Below, piece by piece: positions 38,691 through 49,284 of a stretch of 64,000 nucleotides of DNA (positions are counted from its first letter, which is position 1; every line of letters begins with the position of its first letter). The DNA comes from an uncultured delta proteobacterium (GTDB lineage: Bacteria > Desulfobacterota > SM23-61), in assembly GCA_963712535.1 (NCBI GenBank), contig CAVQIK010000008.1, forward strand, positions 34,798 through 98,797, given 5' to 3'. A program made the position numbers and the translations under genes. The notes under the pieces were generated by a model. It ran no database searches. It was not told where the DNA came from and saw only the letters and a program-made list of their open reading frames with translations.

Positions 38691-38711
38691 GTTTTCCTGG
38701 GTGATGGATTT

Positions 38712-39200
38712 TTAATTTTTCGCTGGTATCTCTGCGGCCCAAATCCTCTTGGCCTCCGAAAAATAATCTTTCAAAATCCGGGCATGATCAAAGGCCAGCG
38801 GGGACGGGAGAGTTTCTTCGGTAAAGATTTCCGCTTTTTCCGCGTCGTCTCCGGGGTGCGGCGTCCCCCGGGCTTTGGCGGCGAAAACGGTGGAAATGCT
38901 GTGCCGCCGCGGGTCCCGCTGCGGGTCCGAGTAGGTGTGAAACTGGCGCACGGATTCGATCTCAAGCCCGGTTTCCTCCCTGGCCTCCCTCGCCGCGGCC
39001 TCCTCAACCGTTTCCCCGTAATCCACGAACCCTCCGGGTATGGCCCAAGCCCGGGGTTCCTGTTGCCGGTGGATGAGAACGATGCCTTTCTTCCGGCCGT
39101 CCGCCTCGATTTCGATGATGATATCCACCGTCGGGACGGGGTTTTCATAACGGAATACCTCGCTTCCGCATCTGGGACATAATACTTTTTTGCCTTTCAT
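38712..39200 (-). CDS. NUDIX hydrolase
   Basis: Nudix box [28 protein letters not shown], plus LAFDH. Confidence 0.92.
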   Translation of the reverse strand: MKGKKVLCPRCGSEVFRYENPVPTVDIIIEIEADGRKKGIVLIHRQQEPRAWAIPGGFVDYGETVEEAAAREAREETGLEIESVRQFHTYSDPQRDPRRHSISTVFAAKARGTPHPGDDAEKAEIFTEETLPSPLAFDHARILKDYFSEAKRIWAAEIPAKN

Positions 39201-39321
39201 GCAATTCCCTCCCATTTCATACCCCGCATTTAAGCTCGACACGCATGAACACAGAATAATTTCTGAGAAATGTAACCCAGCATCGACAATATCAGGGCCA
39301 GAGCGAACCGGGGGGGCCTTC

Positions 39322-39348
39322 GTAGGGGCGGAGGAGCCCCGCCCCTGC
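39322..39348. repeat. GTAG-type REP hairpin
   Basis: GTAGGGGCGGAGGAGCCCCGCCCCTGC. Confidence 0.65.
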
Positions 39349-39536
39349 AAAATCAATGGAAAGACCTTGTTTATTTCCATCATAATGGATGTTTTGCTCT
39401 GTGCAAAAGCCAATTTTGTTACCACAGGTGAGCCAATTTTCTTCCAGCTCCTGTTCCCGCAGAAATCCACAACTTCCTTGACATCGCTGGATTTTCTTGC
39501 AATAGTAGAACAAATTCAAGAAGGGAGAGCCCAAAA

Positions 39537-39996
39537 ATGCGCAAAAGAGCCAGCCTGATTGTCCTCCTTTTTTTCGCCTCGAGCAGCCCTCTTCGCTTGT
39601 GCAACCACCAAAAAAGAGGGGGCGCCCTCTTCCCCCGAGATGAAATCGCGGGCCAGTTATTATGATTTCGAAGACGTCATTATTCCCGCGGAGATGAAAT
39701 TGGACAGCAAAGATTCCTTCATTTACAGCACCACCCGTTACAAGGCGGGAGTCCTTACTTTCAACGGCCGGGTGGAAAACGAATCCCTTGCTTTGTTCTT
39801 CCAGAACAACATGCCCAAAGACGGGTGGCGCCCGATCAGCGTCATGAAGTTCCGGGGAACCATGCTCGTTTTTCTCAAAGAGGACCGCGCGTGCGTAATA
39901 ACCATCCGGGAAGGGACGTTCAGCACCGCCCTGGAGGTACGGGTGGGCCCCATCGAACCGGGAGCGACGCCCGCCAGAGGGAGTTCGCCCCGTTAA
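39537..39996 (+). CDS. Conserved lipoprotein (frameshift in the signal peptide)
   Basis: MRKRASLIVLL...ALFAC lipobox, YYDFEDVIIP, FFQNNMPKDGW. Confidence 0.7.
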
Positions 39997-40015
39997 TCCC
40001 GGAGAATCGGGGATC

Positions 40016-41206
40016 ATGTTGAAGGGCAAGAAGATCGTCTTGGGAGTCACCGGGGGCATCGCCGCTTACAAAGCGGCGGAACTCGTGCGCGAGCTCGTGC
40101 GCGCGGAAGCGGAAGTCCACGTGGTGATGACCAGGTCCGCCCAGGCTTTCGTCACTCCCCTCACTTTCCAGACGCTTTCCGGGAACAAGGTTGTAACCGA
40201 GCTCTTCAGCCTCATTGAAGAATCGGAGATCGGGCATATCTCCCTGGCGGACCGGGCGGAAGTGCTGGTGATCGCCCCGGCCACGGCCAATATCATCGGC
40301 AAGATCGCTTCCGGAATCGCCGACGACATGCTTACGACCATTGTCATGGCTACCCAGGCGCCCGTCCTCCTTGCCCCGGCGATGAACGTTCACATGTGGG
40401 AGAACCCGCTCTGCCAGGAGAATATCGGCAGGCTTCGTTCCCGCGGTTATCATTTCATCGATCCCGAATCCGGCGAGCTGGCCTGCGGGTACGAAGGGAA
40501 AGGCCGCCTGGCCGAAATCCCGGCCATCGTCGAGAGGATCCGGGGCCTCCTCTCCTCCCAGGACCTGAAGGGAGAAACCGTGCTCGTCACCGCGGGTCCC
40601 ACGGAAGAGCCGATCGACCCGGTCCGATTTATCAGCAATCGTTCTTCGGGAAAGATGGGATTCTCCGTGGCGCGCGCGGCAGCCCGCCGCGGAGCGGAGG
40701 TCTTGCTCGTAGCCGGTCCATGCGCCCTCCCCTTTCCTGCCGGGGTGAAGGGCATCCGCGTGCAAACGGCGGCGGAGATGCGCGAGGCGGTCCTCGGGAA
40801 CCTGGAGAGGTCCTCAATCCTGATCATGGCGGCGGCGGTTTCCGACTACCGGCCGAAAGAGAGGTTCCCGGAAAAGATCAAAAAAAATTCGGGGAGCCTG
40901 GTTGTGGACCTGGAACTAAACCCTGATATCCTGGGAGAGGCCGGCAAGCGCAAAGGAAAGTGTTTCCTCGTCGGCTTCGCCGCGGAAACGGAAAACCTGC
41001 TCCAGAATGCCCGGCGCAAGCTGGCGGAAAAAAACCTGGACCTCATTGTGGCCAACGACGTCTCTCAACCCGGTGCGGGTTTTCAGGTGGACACGAACAT
41101 CGCCAAATTCATCGAACCCGGCGGCCTGATCGACGAGCTCCCTTTGATGAGCAAGGAAGAGCTGGCCGACCGCCTTTTCGACCGCATTCTTCAGCTGAGG
41201 AAATGA
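40016..41206 (+). CDS. coaBC: Bifunctional phosphopantothenoylcysteine decarboxylase/ligase
   Basis: LGVTGGIAAYKA, PATANIIGK, APAMN, LVTAGPTEEPIDPVRFISNRSSGKMG, GFAAET. Confidence 0.97.
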   Translation: MLKGKKIVLGVTGGIAAYKAAELVRELVRAEAEVHVVMTRSAQAFVTPLTFQTLSGNKVVTELFSLIEESEIGHISLADRAEVLVIAPATANIIGKIASGIADDMLTTIVMATQAPVLLAPAMNVHMWENPLCQENIGRLRSRGYHFIDPESGELACGYEGKGRLAEIPAIVERIRGLLSSQDLKGETVLVTAGPTEEPIDPVRFISNRSSGKMGFSVARAAARRGAEVLLVAGPCALPFPAGVKGIRVQTAAEMREAVLGNLERSSILIMAAAVSDYRPKERFPEKIKKNSGSLVVDLELNPDILGEAGKRKGKCFLVGFAAETENLLQNARRKLAEKNLDLIVANDVSQPGAGFQVDTNIAKFIEPGGLIDELPLMSKEELADRLFDRILQLRK

Positions 41207-41952
41207 TGAATTCGAAATCCCACCCGGTAAGTCTCGGGCCTGCGGCACTGCAGTCGGAGCTGCGGGACCTCGTGGCCGGCCTCCGCCGCCACCTGGAAAA
41301 CGAAAAGGCCCTGGGGCTGGAAGGATGGCCGCTTCGACATTCTTCCGGGCGGCAGGAGCCTCCAGCCGTTTCCACCCCCGCCCCCTTTTCGCCCCGCGCG
41401 CTGGACACTCTGAAGGCCGTCCGGGAGGAACTGGGAGACTGCCGGAGATGCAAGCTGCACTCTTCGCGAACCCAGATCGTCTTCGGGTGCGGCGATCCGA
41501 ACGCCAAGCTGGTGTTCGTGGGAGAGGGGCCGGGACGGGACGAAGACCTGCAGGGAGAGCCCTTTGTCGGCCTTGCCGGGCAGCTCTTGACCAAGATCAT
41601 CCAGGCGATCCAGCTCACCCGGCAGGAGGTTTACATCGCCAACATCGTCAAGTGCCGTCCTCCGGGGAACCGGAACCCGGAGCCGGACGAGATCAGCGCT
41701 TGTGAGCCTTTTCTCGTAAAGCAGCTGGAGGTCATCCGGCCCAAACTGATCTGCGCGCTGGGGACCTTCGCTGCCCAGACCCTTCTCAAGACCCAGGAAA
41801 GAATTTCATCCCTTCGGGGAAGGTTTCACTCCTACCGGGGCATCCAGCTCATGCCCACCTTCCACCCCGCTTACCTCCTCCGGAACCCCCACAACAAGCG
41901 GGAGGTCTGGGAGGACATGAAGAAAATAAGACGCGAGTATGATCAGCTTTGA
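41203..41952 (+). CDS. Uracil-DNA glycosylase family 4
   Basis: CRRCKL, VFVGEGPG, PFVGLAG, NIVKCRPP.NR.P, TFHPAYLLR. Confidence 0.93.
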   Translation: MMNSKSHPVSLGPAALQSELRDLVAGLRRHLENEKALGLEGWPLRHSSGRQEPPAVSTPAPFSPRALDTLKAVREELGDCRRCKLHSSRTQIVFGCGDPNAKLVFVGEGPGRDEDLQGEPFVGLAGQLLTKIIQAIQLTRQEVYIANIVKCRPPGNRNPEPDEISACEPFLVKQLEVIRPKLICALGTFAAQTLLKTQERISSLRGRFHSYRGIQLMPTFHPAYLLRNPHNKREVWEDMKKIRREYDQL

Positions 41953-41994
41953 TTTATCTCCGCTCTCAGGCACGGGCGGATGCAGGGAGTTCCG

Positions 41995-43305
41995 ATGAAT
42001 GGGAAACGTTTTTTCTTCGCTTTGATTTTCCTGGGCCTTTCTCTCCTGGTCCTCCCCTCGGCCAGGACCGCTCAGGAAAAGACAGGCCAGGCCAAGCAGG
42101 TTGACTTCATCAAGATCAACGACGCCATCACTCCGGCGGTGGCCGACTACATCCAGAAATCCATCGAGGAATCGGTCAGGAACGGGGCCGAGTGTCTCGT
42201 CATCCAGATGGACACCCCGGGGGGATTGGACCTTTCGATGCGGGACATCATCAAGGACATGATGAACGCCGACATCCCGATCGTCGTTTTCGTGGGCCCC
42301 AGCGGCGCCCGCGCGGCTTCGGCGGGGGTTTTCATCACCATTGCCGCGGACGTCGCGGCCATGGCCCCCGGCACCAACATCGGAGCCGCCCATCCCGTGG
42401 CCATGGGGGGGCAAGATGGACCGGACCATGTCCGAGAAGGTGGTGAACGACGCCGTGGCCTACATCGAGTCCATCGCCGCCAAGAAGGGACGGAACGTCA
42501 AATGGGCCGCCCAGGCCGTGCAGGGAGAGCGTCTCCATCACCGAGACCGAAGCGCTGCAGATTAAAATCATCGACCTCATCGCCAAGAACCTGGACGATC
42601 TGCTGGTCAAGATCGACGGGAAGACGGTGGAAAAAGCCAAGCGCACATTCAAGCTGGCCACCAAGGGCGCCAAGGTCAACGAGATCGAGATGGGCTTTCG
42701 CGAGCGTTTCCTGGCGACGGTCAGCAACCCGAATATCGCCTACATCCTGATGATGATCGGGCTGGTGGGATTGTATTTTGAGCTCTCCAACCCGGGAGCC
42801 ATCTTCCCGGGGATCATCGGCGGGATCTGTCTGATCCTGGCCTTCTTCGCCTTCCGCACCCTGCCGGTCAATTATGCCGGGGTCCTGCTGATCCTGCTCG
42901 GGCGTCTTTCTCTTCATTGCCGAAATCAAAATTGCCAGTTACGGGCTCCTCACCGTCGGGGGAGTCGTATCTCTCGCCCTGGGGTCCATCATGCTCTTTG
43001 AATCTCCTCTCCCCTATTTGCGGGCATCTTTGGCCGTCATTCTTCCCACCGTGATCGTGACCGCCGCTTTCTTTATCTTCGCGGTAACGATGACCGTCAA
43101 GGCCCACATGGCCAAGCCCGCCACGGGAGCCGAAGGCCTGCCGGGAGAGACCGGGACGGCCGTGACCCCTCTCGCCCTCGAGGGGAAGGTTTTCGTCCAC
43201 GGCGAATTCTGGAACGCCTACGCGGAACGGCCCATCGAAAAAGGGGAGAAGATCCGGGTCGTCAGGACGGAAGGGCTCAGGCTCAAGGTCGAAAAGCTGC
43301 CCTGA
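41995..43305 (+). CDS. nfeD: NfeD membrane-bound serine protease (frameshifted)
   Basis: IQMDTPGGL, RAASAG, AMAPGTNIGAAHPV, NPNIAYILMMIG, EGL.GETG, VFVHGEFWNA. Confidence 0.9.
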
Positions 43306-43450
43306 TCGGGGCCGCAATTTCTCGAAACGTCGGTTTCGGGAAAACTGTTTGAAACGATCTCCGCACCCACTCCGGATTTGAAAAATGAAGGGCGTCTACC
43401 TTATCCGCCGGCGCCACAAAGAATTCACTAAATCATAGGAGGAAAAAACG

Positions 43451-44289
43451 ATGCAATTGATTTCTTTTGCGGTACTGCTGATCCTGATCCTGATGATTCT
43501 GGCGCAGCGCCCTGCGGATCCTCAACGAATATGAACGGGGGGTCATCTTCCGCCTGGGCCGGGTGCGCACGGTCGGAGGGAAACCCCAGGCCAAGGGACC
43601 CGGCTTGATCTTTCTCATCCCGGTCGTCGATAAACTGGTCAAAGTCAGCCTCCGGACCGTGACCATGGATGTTCCCCCCCAGGATGTCATCACCCGGGAC
43701 AACATCTCCCTCAAGGTGAACGCGGTCATCTACTTCCGGGTCATGGACCCCATCAAGGCGATCATCGAGATTGAAAACTATCTCTACGGAACTTCCCAGC
43801 TCGTCCCAGACGACCCTTCGTTCGGTCTGCGGCCAGGTGGAGCTCGACGACATCCTCTACCAGCGGGATAAGATCAACCTCCAGATCCAGGAAATTCTGG
43901 ACAAGCACACCGAACCCTGGGGAGTGAAGGTCACCGCCGTGGAGGTGAAGGCCATCGACCTGCCCGAAGAGATGCGCCGGGCCATGGCCAAACAGGCCGA
44001 AGCCGAGCGTGAGCGGCGGTCCAAGGTCATCCGCGCCGAAGGCGAGTTCCAGGCCGCGGAGAGGTTGAAGGACGCCGCCGTGATCATCGCCGATCATCCC
44101 ATGGCCCTGACCCTGCGGTACCTTCAGACCCTGACCGAAGTGGCCTCGGATAAGAATTCCACCACCATCTTCCCGATCCCCATCGACCTGATCAAGCCAT
44201 TCTTAAGATTGGCGGAGCGGGCGGAGATGAGCTCGGAGCGAGCGGAAATGAGTGCCCAGCGGGAGGAGAAAGGCAAGCAAACGAGCTGA
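43451..44289 (+). CDS. SPFH/stomatin-like (slipin) protein (frameshifted)
   Basis: [64 protein letters not shown]. Confidence 0.92.
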
Positions 44290-44313
44290 TCCATTCTCCC
44301 CGATCGTGCAAGG

Positions 44314-44352
44314 AATAGGATGGGGTCTTTAAGAGCCCCATCCTATTTTTTT
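44314..44352 (+). terminator. Rho-independent terminator
   Basis: 12-bp stem AATAGGATGGGG/CCCCATCCTATT followed by a T-run. Confidence 0.8.
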
Positions 44353-44558
44353 CGTCCACGTTTTTTTAACCGCAGAGGGCGCAGAGAACGCAGAGACCAA
44401 TCAGTGATAAGACTACTGGGGGTTCGGTTACGCGCTGACCTCATGAATTTGGGAACACTCCGCAAAGGGCTCCTTTGCCCCCATGTGGGGGCGGAGTAAT
44501 GCTGCCCTTTCGAGGCCATCTCCGCGGCCTCTGCGTCCTCCGCGGTGAAAGTATTTTC

Positions 44559-45746
44559 GTGGAACCCTGGAAACGCAACCTTTATAGCCTCTGGACCACG
44601 GAGTTTCTGGCCGTTCTCGGCATGGCCCTCGTCCTTCCCTTTCTCCCCTTTTACATCCGGGAACTGGGCGTGACGGAACCCGAAGCCGTCAAGCGGTGGA
44701 GCGGGCTTGTGTACGCCGCCCCCTTTTTCCTGGCCACTTTTACCGGGCCTCTCTGGGGCTGGCTGGGAGACCGGTACGGCCGGCGGATTATGCTTATCCG
44801 TGCCGTCTTCGGTTTTGCGGTCACTTCGTTCCTGATGGCCTTCGCCAGGGACGTGGTTCAGCTATTCATCCTACGCCTGGTCATGGGAGGGGTGGCCGGG
44901 TTTATCGCCGCCACCCTGGCCATCGTCGCCACGACGACGCCCCGGGAACATATGGGCTATGCCATGGGCGTCCTTCAGACTTCCATGATCACGGGTGGGG
45001 TGATCGGTCCTTTCATCGGGGGATTTCTGGCCGACCAGATCGGCTACCGCAACATTTTTTTCCTGACCGGCGGGTTCGGATTCTTAGCGGGCATGCTGGT
45101 CATCTTTCTGGTCCGGGAAACCCAGAGGCCGAAGGAGGAGAGCCAGGCCCCCGGCCTGTTCTCCAACTACCGCTTTGTATTCACCTCCCCCATTTTGTCC
45201 TCCATTTTCGCCTGCGGCCTGGTTGTGCAGCTGGCCATCATGGCCGTCCAGCCGGTCCTTTCCCTGTTCGTGGAAAGGCTCTGGTCCAGCCCCGAAAACC
45301 TGGCCACCATGGCCGGAGCGGTTTTCGCCGTCACCGGTTTCTCCAGCCTGCTCGCCGCCCCATACTGGGGGAGACGGGGGGATCGGCTCGGGTACAGAAA
45401 AATACTAGCCTTCACTCTGCTGGGAACGGGAATCTCGTACGCCCCCCAGGGTCTGGCCACCGGGGTTTACCAGCTGATTATCCTGCGATTCGTCCAGGGC
45501 TTGTTCGTGGGAGGAATTTTCCCGGCGCTCTACACCCTGACCTCGCTTCACACGCCGGAAGAACGGCGCGGGGGGGTTCTCGGGATTACCCGCAGCGGAC
45601 TGCTTATCGGAAATGTCCTCGGGCCCATCTCGGGAGGGTTCCTGGCGGCGTTCGTCGGGATGAGACCCCTCTTCTTCTTCACCGCGGCCCTCCTGATCGC
45701 CTTGACCTTTTTCGCCCGGCGAGTCATTCGGGAGCGCACGACGTAA
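44559..45746 (+). CDS. MFS transporter (MdtG/DHA1-like)
   Basis: WKRNLY.LW, PFLPFYI, WGWLGDRYGRR, WGRRGDRLGYR. Confidence 0.9.
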   Translation: MEPWKRNLYSLWTTEFLAVLGMALVLPFLPFYIRELGVTEPEAVKRWSGLVYAAPFFLATFTGPLWGWLGDRYGRRIMLIRAVFGFAVTSFLMAFARDVVQLFILRLVMGGVAGFIAATLAIVATTTPREHMGYAMGVLQTSMITGGVIGPFIGGFLADQIGYRNIFFLTGGFGFLAGMLVIFLVRETQRPKEESQAPGLFSNYRFVFTSPILSSIFACGLVVQLAIMAVQPVLSLFVERLWSSPENLATMAGAVFAVTGFSSLLAAPYWGRRGDRLGYRKILAFTLLGTGISYAPQGLATGVYQLIILRFVQGLFVGGIFPALYTLTSLHTPEERRGGVLGITRSGLLIGNVLGPISGGFLAAFVGMRPLFFFTAALLIALTFFARRVIRERTT

Positions 45747-45902
45747 AACCGCGAGAGCGCCAGGCGCGGGGGGAAGAAGACCGCAAGTCGCGAGAGCGCG
45801 AGAGCGCGAGGGCGTAAACGGATTGTAGGCCCCCCTTGCGACTTGTGACTGGCCACTTGGGTGTTTCGCCTTGCGCCTTGCGACTTGCGCTCTCGCGGTT
45901 TT
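45746..45902. repeat. Inverted array of degenerate heptamers (CGCAAGT/CGCGAGA)
   Basis: CGCAAGT CGCGAGA GCGCGAGA... mirrored by ...TTGCGCC TTGCGAC TTGCGCT CTCGCGG. Related array at 29196-29345. Confidence 0.65.
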
Positions 45903-45944
45903 TTTCAAGTAGATTTTTCCATCTTTTCTGATTAATATCAACTT

Positions 45945-46844
45945 GTGATTGACCTGCACATCCACACCAACGCGTCCTCGGACGGCCAGCATTCCCCCAG
46001 CGAAATTTTCGCGATGGCCCGGGAGAAAAATCTTCGGGCGATCTCTTTTGCCGATCACAACTCGGTGAAAAATGTCGAAGAAGGTTTTCAGCTCGCCGCG
46101 GAATGGGGGATTGAATTCTTCTCCTGCATCGAGCTGAACACGCTCCACGGGGGCCTCGACCTCCACCTTCTAGCCTACTTCATCGACCCCCGCAGCCCGG
46201 AGTTGCGGACGTGGCTCGAGGAGATCCGCCGCAAAAAAATGGAGCAGGCGAAGGAAAGGGTGGAAAACCTGAACAGGCTCGGCTTCGTCTTCACCGAAGA
46301 CGACCTGCGCAAGTATGCGGACGGCCGTATTCCAACGGGCAGGTCCTATCTCCAGGCCATTCTCAGCCGCCCGGAAAACCAGGGCGACCCCCGCCTGCGC
46401 CCTTATATCGACGGGGATCGATCCCGCTCCCCCTATGTTAATTTTTACCGCGACTATCTCCGGGGAGGAAAACCCGCCTTTGCGGCCATGGAAGATGTCT
46501 CGACCCTGGACGCCATCCGCAAGGTTAAGAGGATGGGAGGGATCCCGGTCCTTGCCCACCCTTCCGACACCGCCGAGGAAACGATTCTGGGACTGGTGGA
46601 AAACGGCCTCGAGGGCCTCGAGGTTTACTCTTCCTATCATTCGCCCGGGGAAGAAAAGTCCTTCCGGGCTCTTGCCCAAGACCGCGGTCTCCTCGTGACT
46701 GCGGGTTCCGATTTCCACGGGAAGGAAATCAAGCCCGACGTGGCCCTCGGCCGGGTGTTCGCCGAGCAGGGCGATTTGCTGCGGAAGTTCAAGGAAAAGG
46801 GAAAGGAAAGCGGATGGGAGAGGCTCGGAAAGTCGCCGGGGTGA
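45945..46844 (+). CDS. PHP-domain metallophosphoesterase
   Basis: DLHIHTNASSDG, DHN, HLLAY, VLAHP, GLEVY, TAGSDFHG. Confidence 0.92.
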   Translation: MIDLHIHTNASSDGQHSPSEIFAMAREKNLRAISFADHNSVKNVEEGFQLAAEWGIEFFSCIELNTLHGGLDLHLLAYFIDPRSPELRTWLEEIRRKKMEQAKERVENLNRLGFVFTEDDLRKYADGRIPTGRSYLQAILSRPENQGDPRLRPYIDGDRSRSPYVNFYRDYLRGGKPAFAAMEDVSTLDAIRKVKRMGGIPVLAHPSDTAEETILGLVENGLEGLEVYSSYHSPGEEKSFRALAQDRGLLVTAGSDFHGKEIKPDVALGRVFAEQGDLLRKFKEKGKESGWERLGKSPG

Positions 46845-47464
46845 TCTTCGACCTTGACGGGACGCTCATCGACTCGTACCAGGCTATTTATCTTTCTTTC
46901 AAATACCTGTATGAAAAGATGGGGCTATCTCCTTTGTCCATCGAGGAGGTCAAAAAGGCCATTGGATTGGGGCTGGGCCGTACGTTCCAGGAGCTCCTGG
47001 GCCAGGAGAAGGTCGATCGGGCTCTTTCTCTCTTCTGCCAGAGATATGCGGAGGTCTTCCGGACGAATACGGTCCTCCTGCCGGACGTTCCCGAGGTGTT
47101 GGAGAACCTCCATGCTCGTGGGATTCGGATGGCCGTAGCCACCAACAAGCTCGGCCATCTCTCCCGGGCCATCTTCGAGCACTTTTCCCTGCAGAACTTC
47201 TTCGTAGCGATCATCGGAGACGGGGATGTTTCGGAAAACAAACCCAATCCGGAAATGATCTACTACGCCATCCGCAAAATGGGCGTCCCCAAGGAAGACA
47301 CGGCTTTCGTGGGCGACTCGGTGATCGACATCCAGACCGCCAGGAACGCCGGCCTGCGAGTCTTCGCCGTTCCCACCGGGAACACCGCCCGCGAAGAATT
47401 AGAAGAAGCCCGTCCGACCGCGATGCTGAACCGGCTGCTGGATCTCCTGGAATATGTCCCCTGA
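46814..47464 (+). CDS. HAD-family phosphatase (Gph-like)
   Basis: FDLDGTLIDS, VATNK, KPNPE, FVGDS..DI. Confidence 0.92.
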   Translation: MGEARKVAGVIFDLDGTLIDSYQAIYLSFKYLYEKMGLSPLSIEEVKKAIGLGLGRTFQELLGQEKVDRALSLFCQRYAEVFRTNTVLLPDVPEVLENLHARGIRMAVATNKLGHLSRAIFEHFSLQNFFVAIIGDGDVSENKPNPEMIYYAIRKMGVPKEDTAFVGDSVIDIQTARNAGLRVFAVPTGNTAREELEEARPTAMLNRLLDLLEYVP

Positions 47465-47489
47465 CTTTTTGTAGCCCGAGGCGGAAAGC

Positions 47490-47996
47490 ATGGCTTTTTG
47501 GGAACAGATCAAGGATAAGACCCAGGCGCTGCAAGTGAAGCTGCGCATGGTATTTCTGGAAAACCAGATCGAAACCTTCCTGCTGCGCCTGGGAAGCCGG
47601 ACCTACGAGCTCAGCAAGAAGGAACTCCCTTTCGCGGAAGACGGGGAAGCCCGATCTCTCTTTCAGGAGATTTCCTCCAGGAAACAGGAACTGACCCGGT
47701 TGAAAGAAGAATTTCAGCGAAGCTGGCGGGAAGAGTCCCGGGAATTGAAATCCAACCTGGAGAAAGGAAACGGGGCGCTGGAGCGGGTCGAGGTTTCTTT
47801 CCTGTCTCCCGCCGCCGGGAAGAAGATCAAGGAAATCCAGCTCCCCCGCGAGGTCCTCCTGGGCCCGGTTCTCCGGGGAACGGAACTGATCATCCCGGAC
47901 GGGGAAACGGAGATCCTGGCGGGCGACCAGGTCACCCTCATGGGAAAAAGGAAAGACGTGGAAAAGACCGCAAGGCTCTTAAAAGGATTGCCTTGA
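47490..47996 (+). CDS. Coiled-coil protein with C-terminal TrkA-C (RCK_C) domain
   Basis: SPAAGKKIKEIQLP...LLG.V.RG.E.IIPDGETEILAGDQV. Confidence 0.75.
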   Translation: MAFWEQIKDKTQALQVKLRMVFLENQIETFLLRLGSRTYELSKKELPFAEDGEARSLFQEISSRKQELTRLKEEFQRSWREESRELKSNLEKGNGALERVEVSFLSPAAGKKIKEIQLPREVLLGPVLRGTELIIPDGETEILAGDQVTLMGKRKDVEKTARLLKGLP

Positions 47997-48046
47997 GAGA
48001 GCCGGGGACTTAAATCTCGTTCCCGGCCCGCCGGGTCTTTTCCACT

Positions 48047-48073
48047 GTAGGGGCGGGGTGACCCCGCCCCTGC
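48047..48073. repeat. GTAG-type REP hairpin
   Basis: GTAGGGGCGGGGTGACCCCGCCCCTGC. Confidence 0.65.
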
Positions 48074-48153
48074 GAGAACCTGACCAGGTGTCCGGTCCAC
48101 CCCGAATAGGTTTGTTTCATTCCCATTGCCGGATATAATGGAGCCGCTCAAAA

Positions 48154-48519
48154 ATGGATAAGAAATCTCGATTCCTCCTGGCCTTAAGCATTCTTCTGCC
48201 ATTGTCCCTCCTGCTGGGCGCATGCTCGTACTCGCTCAACTCAACGCAAGGAGTCAAGGTAAGCTCCGGTCAAATTGAGAACATCAAGCTCGGCCGGACA
48301 ACGGAGATGGAACTGTTAACTCTCCTCGGGCCCCCCACGAAAAAGGAACGCGTGCTCGGGGGCGGCCAGAGGCTCCTCTACGAGTCCACGGACATCAACA
48401 GTCTGACTTTCCCGGGAGGATACCAGGCGAGCGGTTTTCTCGACCGGGAGAAGGAAGAGATTTTTGAAGTGATCCTCAAGGATGGAATCGTCCAAAACTA
48501 TCAGTATTTAAAACCTTAG
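48154..48519 (+). CDS. Lipoprotein, BamE/SmpA-like
   Basis: LLGAC lipobox, IENIKLGRTT..ELL.LLGPP. Confidence 0.7.
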   Translation: MDKKSRFLLALSILLPLSLLLGACSYSLNSTQGVKVSSGQIENIKLGRTTEMELLTLLGPPTKKERVLGGGQRLLYESTDINSLTFPGGYQASGFLDREKEEIFEVILKDGIVQNYQYLKP

Positions 48520-48529
48520 GGGGGATCCG

Positions 48530-49195
48530 ATGAAAAAGGAAACAGGCTTTTGTTTCGCAGTCATCCTCATCCTTTCCGGGCTTATATTCATGGCCGGCTG
48601 CGCCGGGAGCAGAACGTACCTGCTTCACCTCTCCTACGACGCCTCGCGCACTCCCCCGTTCTGGGGAGGCGGGGCGCGGCCGATGACCGTGGCGCTGTAC
48701 CAGTTTCAGGACGTCCGGCCCGATCGTCTTTACCTGGGCCGCAGGGTGTACCGGGACGGCAAGGCGGATTTTTTCAAACCCGACGAGGGAACGGTCGAGC
48801 AGGTGATCACGCGATCGGTGGTGAAGATCATGGAGAGAGCCGGCTTCAAAGTGGCCGTGGTGAATCGCGCTTTAAACCCGGACAAGGAAAATTTCCAGGA
48901 GATCCCCGGGGACCTTGCCCTTGGGGGGAAGATTGAGGCCCTGTGGGTGGAGGCCAAGAGCGGGTACACCACAACGGACACCGATGCCCGCCTTCGTCTC
49001 CAGGTGATCTGGGGGCTGCCGCAGGAGCGAAGCTGGATGACGAAGACCATCGAGGGTAGCGCCTCGGAGACCGACCGACCCCTCTACGGGCCGAAATACG
49101 CCGAGACGAAGATCAACCAGGTCCTCCAGGACGGGCTGGACAAACTGCTGAAGGATGAAACCATGCTCCGGGAAAAACTGATGAAGCAGAGGTAG
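48530..49195 (+). CDS. Lipoprotein (YajG-like fold possible)
   Basis: MAGC lipobox, FQDVRP, 221-aa ORF with RBS. Confidence 0.65.
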   Translation: MKKETGFCFAVILILSGLIFMAGCAGSRTYLLHLSYDASRTPPFWGGGARPMTVALYQFQDVRPDRLYLGRRVYRDGKADFFKPDEGTVEQVITRSVVKIMERAGFKVAVVNRALNPDKENFQEIPGDLALGGKIEALWVEAKSGYTTTDTDARLRLQVIWGLPQERSWMTKTIEGSASETDRPLYGPKYAETKINQVLQDGLDKLLKDETMLREKLMKQR

Positions 49196-49219
49196 AATTT
49201 CGGGGCATTGCGGATGATG

Positions 49220-49246
49220 AGAAGGCCGGGTTTTCCCCGGCCTTCT
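49220..49246. terminator. Hairpin between convergent genes
   Basis: 11-bp stem AGAAGGCCGGG/CCCGGCCTTCT with a 5-nt loop. Confidence 0.65.
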
Positions 49247-49284
49247 TGTTGTCGGGCCGCCCACGGCGGCGATTCCGCTCACCT

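Noticed and set aside
38560-38700. tRNA or tRNA-Sec at the island border
   Set aside because: No cloverleaf, T-loop GTTCRA or CCA end could be identified here or elsewhere in the window.
7752-45902. CRISPR array in the periodic intergenic repeats
   Set aside because: Units are 7-9 nt, degenerate and spacer-less. No 23-50-bp repeat-spacer array or cas gene is present.
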